From a virus (Duplodnaviria > Caudoviricetes), in IMG/VR virus record IMGVR_UViG_3300042258_000341, positions 32,001 through 96,000 of that record: a stretch of DNA of 64,000 nucleotides, one strand, 5' to 3'. Shown here piece by piece: positions 20,834 through 30,110 of the stretch (positions are counted from its first letter, which is position 1; the number at the start of each line of letters is the position of its first letter). A model generated the notes under the pieces. That model did no database searches and was not told the origin of the DNA. It was given only the letters and a program-made list of their open reading frames with translations. A program made the translations under genes and the position numbers.

Positions 20834-21352
20834 ATGGCATCTACTCCTGAACAAGCAATGCAAAATATCCTTGAAGGAATTGAACATCGTTGGCATTTTT
20901 CTCTTGCAGACAATATTCTGGATTATATACCGGATATAGATGATATTTCTGCAGCAGTTTATGATGCCGCAGACGATATAAATGGGTTTCCCCCAAACAC
21001 TCAGATGTCTTTTGTCGATATTTATGACCATACTGATACCAGATGGAGATCTTTGCTTTATTTAGGAGCTGCGAAAAATGTAATTCAAATGCTCGTAAAT
21101 ATGTGGACTCAGAATGGTTTTGATCAGACTATCGGAGAATTAAGACTTGAAAACAAACTTAATGATTACCGAAGTCTTTATGACTCTCTTGTAGGGGAAT
21201 TCGAAAAGAAAGCCGAAAGAGTAAAGAAAACTTCTCAGAAATATGTTCGTGGAATTTCTTCACAAAGCTCAGGTTACGGAGTTCTTTCAAATTACCTTTA
21301 CGGAACCAGCCCTTTCTTTTCCGTATTTAATTCAAGGATAAGATTGAGATGA
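20834..21352 (+). CDS. Putative head-tail adaptor/neck protein
   Basis: 172-aa helical protein; size and position among virion genes (inference). Confidence 0.4.
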   Translation: MASTPEQAMQNILEGIEHRWHFSLADNILDYIPDIDDISAAVYDAADDINGFPPNTQMSFVDIYDHTDTRWRSLLYLGAAKNVIQMLVNMWTQNGFDQTIGELRLENKLNDYRSLYDSLVGEFEKKAERVKKTSQKYVRGISSQSSGYGVLSNYLYGTSPFFSVFNSRIRLR

Positions 21353-22176
21353 AATATTTAAGTTTACTTACAAAACAAGCAAATCTTTTCACAACAGAGT
21401 CTTTCTACGAATTTCTGGAAAGACACAATTTAAATTGGTTTCCAATTCCAGATGTTAAGCCTTACTCTTATTACGATGAGGATATTGAAGACAGTCTGGA
21501 ACAAATTTACAATCTGATCCCGAAAACTTTCAAAAATCAATTCCCTAAAGTAAAAGAAATAAAAGCTATTTATCGACCTTGGGTGAAAGAAGTTCTGGAA
21601 GACGGGGAAGCTGATGCTGCAGAAATGAAACAGGTGGAAGCTTTTATTCAACAAAAAGTAGTAGAAATGTTCGATGCAATAAAAAAAGATCGTGAAGATT
21701 GGAAAAAAACCCCGACTCTTCCCGGATTGGATACAAGAGGGAGAAAACCCGGCTCTCCGAATAAACCTAAAGAACCTCTTAAATATTCCACACAAGAAAT
21801 AAATGCTTTTGTAAAAGAATTGTCCGGGAATAAACATTCGGAAATTGAAAGAATCTTACAAGAAATTTTCCCGGTATCGGACGCGGAATCTGAATTATTC
21901 TGGGACGGGGAGCCTCTGGACGAAGAAAGAGCTAAACTTGTTGTTCTTTCTTGGATTTATCAGGCAGACATTGAATACGCTGCAAAACAAGGGGCTTCTG
22001 AGGAAGTAAAATCTTTATTACAAGCTATGAACAAAGATAGTATAAAACCTTCGGAAGAGCTTTTAAAAAAATTCGAACAAAGAGATAATAAAAATTACAC
22101 TCTGAATCCTTATTTGGATAAAATAAAAGGAAATTCTGAACATAAAGTTCATCCGGAAATTCCTACCGATTACTAA
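21349..22176 (+). CDS. Hypothetical protein with AT-hook-like motif and leader-like start
   Basis: MKYLSLLTKQA; RGRKPGSPNKPK. Confidence 0.65.
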   Translation: MKYLSLLTKQANLFTTESFYEFLERHNLNWFPIPDVKPYSYYDEDIEDSLEQIYNLIPKTFKNQFPKVKEIKAIYRPWVKEVLEDGEADAAEMKQVEAFIQQKVVEMFDAIKKDREDWKKTPTLPGLDTRGRKPGSPNKPKEPLKYSTQEINAFVKELSGNKHSEIERILQEIFPVSDAESELFWDGEPLDEERAKLVVLSWIYQADIEYAAKQGASEEVKSLLQAMNKDSIKPSEELLKKFEQRDNKNYTLNPYLDKIKGNSEHKVHPEIPTDY

Positions 22177-22238
22177 TAATTAGCCTATATTTCTGTAATA
22201 AATAAAAAGCTTTTCCTTGTAGAAAGAAGATTTATTTT

Positions 22239-23330
22239 ATGCCACGAAATATTTTGGCTTTTTCTGTTTTAAGCAAGCAAATACTTGCAAATGCTAAACT
22301 CTGGGAACGTAAAAGTGAACAAACTTTTGTGGGGAACCCCGGAAGTGACAGCATTTATTTCGAAGGTAATTTCCCGGATTTACTTGAAGATTTGTATAAA
22401 TTTGAATATACATATTCGATGCTCCGTAATAATGCTTTTTCCGGGAATGAAAGAAGAAAGGCAAATATTTTACAGCATGTCGAAAAAGTTTTCCGAGAAG
22501 TTCTCGAAGAAGTAAGAAATGTTTTAGTTGCAGTTTTCGAAGAATGGTTAAGACACCATGCAATTACAGACCCGAATACTTGGGCGAGAGATAGAGTTCT
22601 TGGGCAGGGGGATTCTTTTGATTCTTACAATGAAGTATTTAATTCTTTAATCTGGGAATATGGAAGATATGCTCACCCACATTTACTGAGGGTTCATGAT
22701 GGAGGGGGGCAACTTAAGGAATTAACTGAAAAAGACCTAATGAACAATCCTGAAATGGACGAACCTCTATGGGATTTAATGGGCGGAAAAGAACAATTTG
22801 TTGAAGATTGGGTTCAAACTGAAATGGATGAATGGACTTCTTATCCTGAAGATATTACAGAGAGATATGATTTGGAAGCAAATGCTACAGAAGATGAAGT
22901 GGAATTTGCAATCCGAGAGAGATTCGAAGAAATGGAGCTTCAAGAGGCAATGGAATATTTTGACCCGGATTTCGACAGTCTTCTTCGAAATGCTGACCCG
23001 GATGATACTGAAAGTTTCTTGATAGCTTTTGCAGAGTATATGGTTTTCCCGGTCTGGTTTGATTACTGGCAACCTCAAGGGATTGAAGAAACTCGAAATA
23101 GAATAGAACAAATGACTATGAAATTACAAAATCCGAATCAGGATTTGAACAGGGCTTTTGCGGATGTTAATATAGCTCTGAACATTGCCCATCAAACCGG
23201 GGATATGACAGAATATATTGAAAATGTCACACAAGATTCAAATCTTAAAGAACATTTACAGGAATTGTCAGATGGCAAAATTATACCAGAAGTTCTCCCG
23301 GTATTAAGAGAATCAGGAGTTAAGGTATAA
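22239..23330 (+). CDS. Acidic hypothetical protein with degenerate leader (FSVLSKQILA)
   Basis: 363-aa ORF. Confidence 0.65.
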   Translation: MPRNILAFSVLSKQILANAKLWERKSEQTFVGNPGSDSIYFEGNFPDLLEDLYKFEYTYSMLRNNAFSGNERRKANILQHVEKVFREVLEEVRNVLVAVFEEWLRHHAITDPNTWARDRVLGQGDSFDSYNEVFNSLIWEYGRYAHPHLLRVHDGGGQLKELTEKDLMNNPEMDEPLWDLMGGKEQFVEDWVQTEMDEWTSYPEDITERYDLEANATEDEVEFAIRERFEEMELQEAMEYFDPDFDSLLRNADPDDTESFLIAFAEYMVFPVWFDYWQPQGIEETRNRIEQMTMKLQNPNQDLNRAFADVNIALNIAHQTGDMTEYIENVTQDSNLKEHLQELSDGKIIPEVLPVLRESGVKV

Positions 23331-23842
23331 TGCAATTTCTTATCCGAGACATGCAGACCCTTGAAGGTAAATTTCGTGAGAAATATGCTCACAGGGTTTT
23401 TCGAGCTTTGTTTCGGCGTTTCGGAATGGATGTGAAAGTCCTTCGTAAAAACACAATTTCTTCTGCTTCCGTATTCAATCCTGTAACAGAAGCAGAAGAT
23501 TTATCGAAAGCCGCTTTAAATGTTTTCGGGGATTTTTCAGGAATTTCCCCAGCGAAAGGCAATCCTATTCTTGACGAAGACCCAACAGATGATGTTGAAT
23601 TTCAGGCAAGAATTGTAATTGCGACTTTCCCTTTAGACCCTTTCGATGCCGCAAGTACTGGATTTTTAACTCAACAGGTCATTTTCTCGGCTGACGATTT
23701 ACAGCCTCAAGACCATATTTATATTTATTCGGAAGATGGGACAGTAAAACAAGGATTAATCGGAGATAGGTTTAAATATGGAAATACCGATGAAGTTTAT
23801 AAATCATGGACATACAACAATTTAGGCGGTGAAACTACGTGA
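23330..23842 (+). CDS. Putative head-closure/neck protein
   Basis: 170 aa, beta-rich C-terminus; position (inference). Confidence 0.35.
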   Translation: MQFLIRDMQTLEGKFREKYAHRVFRALFRRFGMDVKVLRKNTISSASVFNPVTEAEDLSKAALNVFGDFSGISPAKGNPILDEDPTDDVEFQARIVIATFPLDPFDAASTGFLTQQVIFSADDLQPQDHIYIYSEDGTVKQGLIGDRFKYGNTDEVYKSWTYNNLGGETT

Positions 23843-25260
23843 TTAAAAAATACTCCCTACTTCAAAGATATGCTGGAGCAACCCAGCAACAAATAGATTC
23901 CGTGGCGACAAAACTTAATTTAACTCCCGAACAAGTTGTTTCTTTAGCGAATGCAGTTGATCCTACTCCTGAAAAGAAATTCGAAGCTTGGATTTTGAAG
24001 CAAATGGGTTTCAAGAATATAATCCTTCCTGAAGATGGAAATCGTGTTCAACAAGTCCTACAAGATTTTATTACCTTATCGAACAAGAAACAATTACAAA
24101 AAAGGGATATTCAACAATATCGAAGAATCCACGATCTTGAAGCAGAAATTGACAAGATAAAAGGTCTGGAAGCAACCCCTGAAACCTCGGAAAAACTTAA
24201 TGAATATTTACAACTCCCGGGGGTTGAAATCTTTTTGCAAATTCCCGGGTGGTTAGTTCTTTCTGTAAAAAATCCACATTCTGCAGCAGAATTGGCTTCC
24301 GGAACCAAATGGTGTACTTCCGACCCTGAAACTGCGGATTATTACATTGCAGGGTATTTTTTACTTGTTTTCTTCGAAAAAACCGGGACAAGTCTTAAAA
24401 AAATGTATCAAGCCACTCTGTCTTTTGATCAGTTTATGGATGTTACGGATGATCCTGTAACCGAAATTGAAAGTGATTTGGCTCAGGCAATTGTAGATAA
24501 ATATTTTACAATATTGGAAAAAGACCCAGACGATGATACGTTGTATTCTTCAATTTATGAAACAATCCGACAATTTTTGTTTATGGAAGCACCCTTAAAT
24601 GAGGAGACAATACAATTTGCAGTTGATTCTACTCCAAATGGCGATGAAGTATGGGAAAATATTTATAGAACGGGGATACATGACTTTCGTGAAAAATTAA
24701 TTGAATCCGAAGCAACTCCACAAGAATTTATGTATCTTTTTAATTCCTATACTGAAATAGAATGGGAAATTCCCCGTTGGAAAGAATTCGAAAAGGCGGT
24801 AGAACGAGAACAATTTGATTTTGATTTACAAAGCGAAGACACTGTTTATACAATTCTTTCTTATTTAGCGGGGGTTGAAAAATTCGGAAGATGGGAAACA
24901 GTGGATAATTATCTCTTAGATGCTAAATTTGTAGCCAACCCGGATCATTTCGGTATCTGGTTTCATAAAATGATAAAGTATCTTAAGTTTAATGATGCCC
25001 CGGACATTGAAAGATGGGCAGAATTTGAGACTTTTATACAGAAATTGATGCAAAAAGCGGAAAAATTAACTCCCCCGGATATCTTTGCATGGCGAATTTC
25101 TTTATTGGCTGCAACTTACTGGCGATATTTCGCTCCTAAGTATACAAGATGGAATGACGAAGTTGAGGATTTTATTCTGAAATTCGGAGATAGTTACGGA
25201 CACAATTTTTACTATCAAGACAATCCTTGGCAAATTTACAAATATCATGCATGGAAATGA
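23839..25260 (+). CDS. MIKKYS-leader protein with DPT/WC domain and non-LRR C-terminus
   Basis: N-terminus homologous to 1494 and 27027 (WILKQMGFKNIILPED; GTKWCT). Confidence 0.75.
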   Translation: MIKKYSLLQRYAGATQQQIDSVATKLNLTPEQVVSLANAVDPTPEKKFEAWILKQMGFKNIILPEDGNRVQQVLQDFITLSNKKQLQKRDIQQYRRIHDLEAEIDKIKGLEATPETSEKLNEYLQLPGVEIFLQIPGWLVLSVKNPHSAAELASGTKWCTSDPETADYYIAGYFLLVFFEKTGTSLKKMYQATLSFDQFMDVTDDPVTEIESDLAQAIVDKYFTILEKDPDDDTLYSSIYETIRQFLFMEAPLNEETIQFAVDSTPNGDEVWENIYRTGIHDFREKLIESEATPQEFMYLFNSYTEIEWEIPRWKEFEKAVEREQFDFDLQSEDTVYTILSYLAGVEKFGRWETVDNYLLDAKFVANPDHFGIWFHKMIKYLKFNDAPDIERWAEFETFIQKLMQKAEKLTPPDIFAWRISLLAATYWRYFAPKYTRWNDEVEDFILKFGDSYGHNFYYQDNPWQIYKYHAWK

Positions 25261-25263
25261 AAT

Positions 25264-27030
25264 ATGATTCGAAAATATTCAAAAATTAAATTTGCAGAAA
25301 CTTCAGATGCGGAATTTGAAAGCTCTGTAGATATTATTTTTAAAGAATTAAAAGAAGGCAAATATTCTTGGCTTCCGACAATTTTTCATGATAAGTTAGC
25401 ACAAACTCAAGACCAGCAAAAAGAAGCTATAGACGCATATATTGAAATTTCAAATCAGCCACAATACCAAGTATTATTTGGGAAATTACCTTCAGGGTTG
25501 TTCCCTATTTTAAAGTTTTCTTTTCAGGGCAAATATAAATTAACTTCGGAACAAATCGAGAATATATTAACCCCTATTGCAAAAACGGTTCAATTCCTCA
25601 ACTTAAAAAGTTATGTGTTGTTACATAATATTTCGGAAATTTCAGATTGGGATCGGACAATGTATTTGCAATACGCATTACATGATTTTACACATCTGGC
25701 TCCACATTTAACCCCGCAAAACAAAGAAGACTTTATAGAACTTCTTTCGCAGTATTTCCTTCTTAAAAAAGAGCCGCAAGAGAATTTAATTCGAAAAATA
25801 AAAGAAACAAACCTCATAAGACTTGCGGCAGTTCAAACTTTATTCGAAGTTTACAATTTACTCACCCCTACAGAACTGTTTGTAAAAGAAGTCTTTAAAT
25901 TCCTTGAAAACGGGAGATTTATAAAAGCTGCTGAAGTGTTGTCGGAAAATAATCAAATCTTCGATCAAGAAGCCCTTAAGAAAATTGTTAAATGGGTAAC
26001 AAATTCCCGGGTAATAAATGAATTTTTTATCGACCCTGAAGAAATCGCAGGAGTTATTGATGCTCTTTTAGATAAGCACGGACTGACAAAAGAAATGCTT
26101 ATGGATTTTGAAGTATTTCAATATTTACGAGATAAAGTAATGCTGCCCTCTTTTGTAAAAAGAGGCTGGGTGAAACACGAAACCGTTATGCCCCCTGCAA
26201 CTCAAAAAGCATATTCACAACTTAGAAGTTTCTTGAAAGAAAAAGGAACTTTTGTGAATATAAATGAATTGAGAAAACAACCTTTTTTCAATAATTCTGA
26301 TGTGAAACAATTTCTTTTAAAAGAGCATCCTAAAGGGCTTTCTTTCGAAGATATATTGCATAAGGATATGGAAGTAAATGGCTCTCCTTTTGTAATTTCT
26401 GAAGGAAGCTATCCTTCGTATCAACAAAGTCTGTATTTTGTAAAAGATTTGCCAAGAAAAACTTTTATTCTTCTTTTCGAAGACATGGCTAAATTACTTG
26501 GATTTAAAGATGATCCCGGATTTAAAGAATATCAAGAAAAATATCTTTCTAAGTTGCAATACGGGGAACATAATATAGGAACTCCCGGAAATACTTTCGG
26601 GTGGGCTTTGTATAAAAAGATAGGGGAAAATACTTATTTTATTGAACAAATACAAACAGATTTAAATCGTCTGGCTCAACAATTGAAAAGTAACAGAACC
26701 GAAGAAATCCTTGGAGATTACAAACATTACCTTGAAAATAAATACGGGAAAGAGAAAATTGCACAATACGAAAGAAGTATTTTAAAAACCGTAAAAAATT
26801 ATTTCGAAGTAATCCTTTCTGCTTTCTTGCAAGAATTTCGAGGGGCTAAGATTTATATTTCTTCCCCGGAAATAATAAAAGAAACCGCAGGAGAAAAAGC
26901 CCCGGTGTTTGAATATCAACAAATCCCTCCGAAGTTTAATTTCCAAGAATTGAAAAAATTTGAGAAATATTCCGATAATCCGGTATGGTATAAATACAAT
27001 GCGAAATTAAACAAGTTGAGCTTGAAATGA
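25264..27030 (+). CDS. MIRKYS-leader protein with a polyvalent-protein-like domain
   Basis: H...GW......FIEQIQTD resembles the EEIQSD motif of large phage internal/polyvalent proteins. Confidence 0.6.
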   Translation: MIRKYSKIKFAETSDAEFESSVDIIFKELKEGKYSWLPTIFHDKLAQTQDQQKEAIDAYIEISNQPQYQVLFGKLPSGLFPILKFSFQGKYKLTSEQIENILTPIAKTVQFLNLKSYVLLHNISEISDWDRTMYLQYALHDFTHLAPHLTPQNKEDFIELLSQYFLLKKEPQENLIRKIKETNLIRLAAVQTLFEVYNLLTPTELFVKEVFKFLENGRFIKAAEVLSENNQIFDQEALKKIVKWVTNSRVINEFFIDPEEIAGVIDALLDKHGLTKEMLMDFEVFQYLRDKVMLPSFVKRGWVKHETVMPPATQKAYSQLRSFLKEKGTFVNINELRKQPFFNNSDVKQFLLKEHPKGLSFEDILHKDMEVNGSPFVISEGSYPSYQQSLYFVKDLPRKTFILLFEDMAKLLGFKDDPGFKEYQEKYLSKLQYGEHNIGTPGNTFGWALYKKIGENTYFIEQIQTDLNRLAQQLKSNRTEEILGDYKHYLENKYGKEKIAQYERSILKTVKNYFEVILSAFLQEFRGAKIYISSPEIIKETAGEKAPVFEYQQIPPKFNFQELKKFEKYSDNPVWYKYNAKLNKLSLK

Positions 27031-28382
27031 TTAAGAAATATTCACAACTCCATATCTCGAAAGCAACAAAAGAACAGATAAACTCTGTTTCCAAGAAACT
27101 CGGATTAACTCCCGAACAGATCGTTTCTTTTGCCCATGAAGTTGATCCAACAAGTAAATACGAAATTTGGCTTCTTAAACAAATGGGATTTAGAAACATA
27201 ATTCTTCCCGAAGATGCGGAACGGGTTCAAAGAACTCTTAAACAATTTGAACAGCTTAACAACCGCAAACAACTTAAATTTCAAAACATAAATCAATACA
27301 AAAACATTGTTGATCTTGAGAATGAAATAGAAACCCTTCTTCCGAAAGAATTATCGGATGCATATAGTTACGATGTTCAAGAATTCTTGAAGCTTCCGGG
27401 AGTTTCTGTACTTGGACAAAACAACGAATGGTTTATTCTTGAGGTAAGTGATCCTGAGTCTCTCACCGTTCTTGGAGATTCAACCGAATGGTGTACAAGA
27501 CATATTAAGTGGGCTAACAAGTATATTGTTGAAGATAATACAAAACAATATGTTGTTTTTCAGAAACAAAACGGGAAGTTGAATAAATACGCACAATTTG
27601 CTGAAGATTTCAGTCAGTTCAAGAACGTAAAAGACCATGAAATAAAAGATATTCCAGACAGTTTGTTTCAATTAATCGACAGTAAGTTTATTGTGGTTCC
27701 TTTTAGTTTTGTAAAAAGAAATCCGGATGCTATTTATCGTTGGATTGAGAAACAAGGGGCTGAAATCAAAGGGGATTTAGACCTTCGAGGAACAAAAATA
27801 ACAAAGCTTCTTGAAGGCTTAACAACTATCGGTGGTTATTTAGACCTTCGAGGAACAAAAATAACAAAGCTTCCAGAGGGATTAACAACTGTTGGCGGTA
27901 ATTTAAACCTTAGAGGGACAGCAATAACAAAGCTTCCTGAAGGCTTAACAACTGTTGGCGGTAATTTAAACCTTAGAGGGACAGCAATAACAAAGCTTCC
28001 TGAAGGCTTAACAACTGTAGGTGGTAATTTAAACCTTTACGGAACAAAAATAACCAAACTTCCTGAAGGCTTAACAACTGTAGGTGGTAATTTAAACCTT
28101 TACGGAACAAAAATAACCAAACTTCCAGAGAGCTTAACAACTGTCGGTGGTGATTTAGACCTTGAAGAAACAGCAATAACCAAACTTCCAGAGAGCTTAA
28201 CAACTGTCGGTGGTTATTTAGACCTTGAAGGGACAGCAATAACAAAGCTTCCCGAAGGATTAACTGTTAAACGGGGTATATCTGGAACCAACCCGGCAAC
28301 CGGGAAAAGATATCAAGAAGAATACGATGAAATGAAAAGAAGAAAAACTACGAGTTTCTTGAGAAAGTTGGATGTAGAATGA
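27027..28382 (+). CDS. Modular LRR protein (MIKKYS leader, DPT/WC domain, 8 homogeneous 21-aa LRRs, FLRKL tail)
   Basis: Repeats GGxLxLxxTxITKLPExLTTV. Confidence 0.8.
   Translation: MIKKYSQLHISKATKEQINSVSKKLGLTPEQIVSFAHEVDPTSKYEIWLLKQMGFRNIILPEDAERVQRTLKQFEQLNNRKQLKFQNINQYKNIVDLENEIETLLPKELSDAYSYDVQEFLKLPGVSVLGQNNEWFILEVSDPESLTVLGDSTEWCTRHIKWANKYIVEDNTKQYVVFQKQNGKLNKYAQFAEDFSQFKNVKDHEIKDIPDSLFQLIDSKFIVVPFSFVKRNPDAIYRWIEKQGAEIKGDLDLRGTKITKLLEGLTTIGGYLDLRGTKITKLPEGLTTVGGNLNLRGTAITKLPEGLTTVGGNLNLRGTAITKLPEGLTTVGGNLNLYGTKITKLPEGLTTVGGNLNLYGTKITKLPESLTTVGGDLDLEETAITKLPESLTTVGGYLDLEGTAITKLPEGLTVKRGISGTNPATGKRYQEEYDEMKRRKTTSFLRKLDVE
27768..28270 (+). repeat. 63-bp tandem repeat (8 LRR units)
   Basis: ACCTTCGAGGAACAAAAATAACAAAGCTTC recurs at 27781 and 27844 (63-nt period). 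Confidence 0.9.
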
Positions 28383-29098
28383 TAAAGAAATATTCAGAAT
28401 TAAATCTCGAATCTTTTTTAAAAAAAAATGTAACTAGAAATAATTCTTTTTATTCTCTTATGCTAGATTTAATTGACGCTGGGCCGTTAGATGGGGGCTG
28501 TGCATTACTAGCTATTTCTTTAAAAAAGATATTCGGTGGTCAACTTTACGGAATTAAAGCTACAAGGTCAAGAAACACCCCTTCGAAAATTCAACATGTG
28601 GTTTTGAAATATAATAATAAATATTATGATGCTGATGGAGGCTTTTCTGAAAAAGAAATGTTGACAAAATTTGAAGATGAGGAAATTGGTATTTTATTCC
28701 CGGTTTTAACCCCAATATCGCTTTCCGAAATTCCCCCGGAAACACCCACTTCCCCGGAATATGTGGAAAAGATTGTTAATTTTTTTAAAAAGAGAACTAA
28801 GATATCTTCTTTGAAAAAACAATCCGGGAAAATAAAAGAAAAGTTGACGCAGATGTGGGAACAACAAGTTGACCCGGACAGAGTTTCTTTTGAAGAATGG
28901 CTTGACTCTGTTGACCCGGAAAAATACCTTGCCGGGTATACTGATGTCCCGGTAAAAACATGGGATAAAAAATATCATGAAGTTTCTCAACCTTATGATC
29001 TGGATTTTAACCAAAGCTTTACCCCGGAAACAACAGGACAAGATAACGGGCAAACCGTTTCTCCTCTTACAATTGTAAAAGAACAAGTTTTTCCGTAA
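28379..29098 (+). CDS. MIKKYS-leader protein with a putative papain/transglutaminase-like Cys-His-Asp domain
   Basis: GGCALLA...QHVVL...YYDADG spacing. Confidence 0.5.
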   Translation: MIKKYSELNLESFLKKNVTRNNSFYSLMLDLIDAGPLDGGCALLAISLKKIFGGQLYGIKATRSRNTPSKIQHVVLKYNNKYYDADGGFSEKEMLTKFEDEEIGILFPVLTPISLSEIPPETPTSPEYVEKIVNFFKKRTKISSLKKQSGKIKEKLTQMWEQQVDPDRVSFEEWLDSVDPEKYLAGYTDVPVKTWDKKYHEVSQPYDLDFNQSFTPETTGQDNGQTVSPLTIVKEQVFP

Positions 29099-29112
29099 AA
29101 AAAGGATAAATT

Positions 29113-29787
29113 ATGACAAATTGGACAGTGCTAACCCCCATCCCGTTGATAATGGATGAATTATTGAACAATATTCAAGGAATTTATCCGGATGTCACTT
29201 TTAAGTTCGACCCGACTTTGACTTATGAAGAAAGCATAAAAGGGGTGAGAGCCTTAAGATCGGCTTTTGATATAACAAATCAACAGGTCTTCCCACTTTT
29301 CACATATACTCTTGGAGTTTTGAAACCTTACGAAGTTCCGAGAAAACAATTCCCGTATTCGAGAAACACCCCTAACCCTTTTTTTGAAGGAAAAGATTAC
29401 AAAGCCAGATATTGTTCTTTTGAAATCCCGTGGAAATGGTATTATTCCGATATTATTGCAAGTAAGACTTTTGAAGTCATGTTTGCAACAGAAACGAGCA
29501 TAAATCTTGTAAAAAATATATTTCTGGAATTTACCGACATAGGAACTTTCGAATATCAAGTTGTCTGGGATTTTATGGGTCTTGAAAATGTTTCTTACAA
29601 TAAACAAGACAACTTGTATATGTCCTGTGACGGGAAATGCACAATTACCGGGGAATTTATCATGCTCTCCGACACTCCGATAAAATTTATTCAGGAAATT
29701 CAAGCCAAATTGAATAATTATATTTCTCGAACAACAATGGAAACCGGAAATATTGATTCCACCGGGACAACTTGGAGTGAGCCGTAA
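29113..29787 (+). CDS. Putative tail completion/terminator protein
   Basis: Size and position upstream of sheath; AAGGA RBS. Confidence 0.4.
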   Translation: MTNWTVLTPIPLIMDELLNNIQGIYPDVTFKFDPTLTYEESIKGVRALRSAFDITNQQVFPLFTYTLGVLKPYEVPRKQFPYSRNTPNPFFEGKDYKARYCSFEIPWKWYYSDIIASKTFEVMFATETSINLVKNIFLEFTDIGTFEYQVVWDFMGLENVSYNKQDNLYMSCDGKCTITGEFIMLSDTPIKFIQEIQAKLNNYISRTTMETGNIDSTGTTWSEP

Positions 29788-29904
29788 ATAAAATAAACTT
29801 CTTTTCCCAATTTTCCCTGATAAACAAGTAATACCTTCGAGAATAGACGAGAACAATAAAAAGTTTCTCGTCTAATTTTATTTTATCTCGGAGGTTTTTC
29901 GTAT

Positions 29905-30075
29905 ATGGCAACCGTAAAAAAAGGTTCCCTTGTTAACACCCTTGACCACCCCGTTTATCTTTCTTATATGGGAGACACTCTTGTACTTTCCCCGAAACAG
30001 AAAGTAAACAACGTGAACAAAGAAAAAGTCGGAGCACTCCCGAAAGGTGTGCTTTTTGTTCTTGCGACCAAGTAA
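29905..30075 (+). CDS. Small hypothetical protein (56 aa, not in ORF track)
   Basis: GGAGG RBS; MATVKKGSLVNTLDHPVYLSY...LPKGVLFVLATK. Confidence 0.7.
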   Translation: MATVKKGSLVNTLDHPVYLSYMGDTLVLSPKQKVNNVNKEKVGALPKGVLFVLATK

Positions 30076-30110
30076 TTTTATTTTATTTCAAGAATTAGGA
30101 GTTTTAAACT

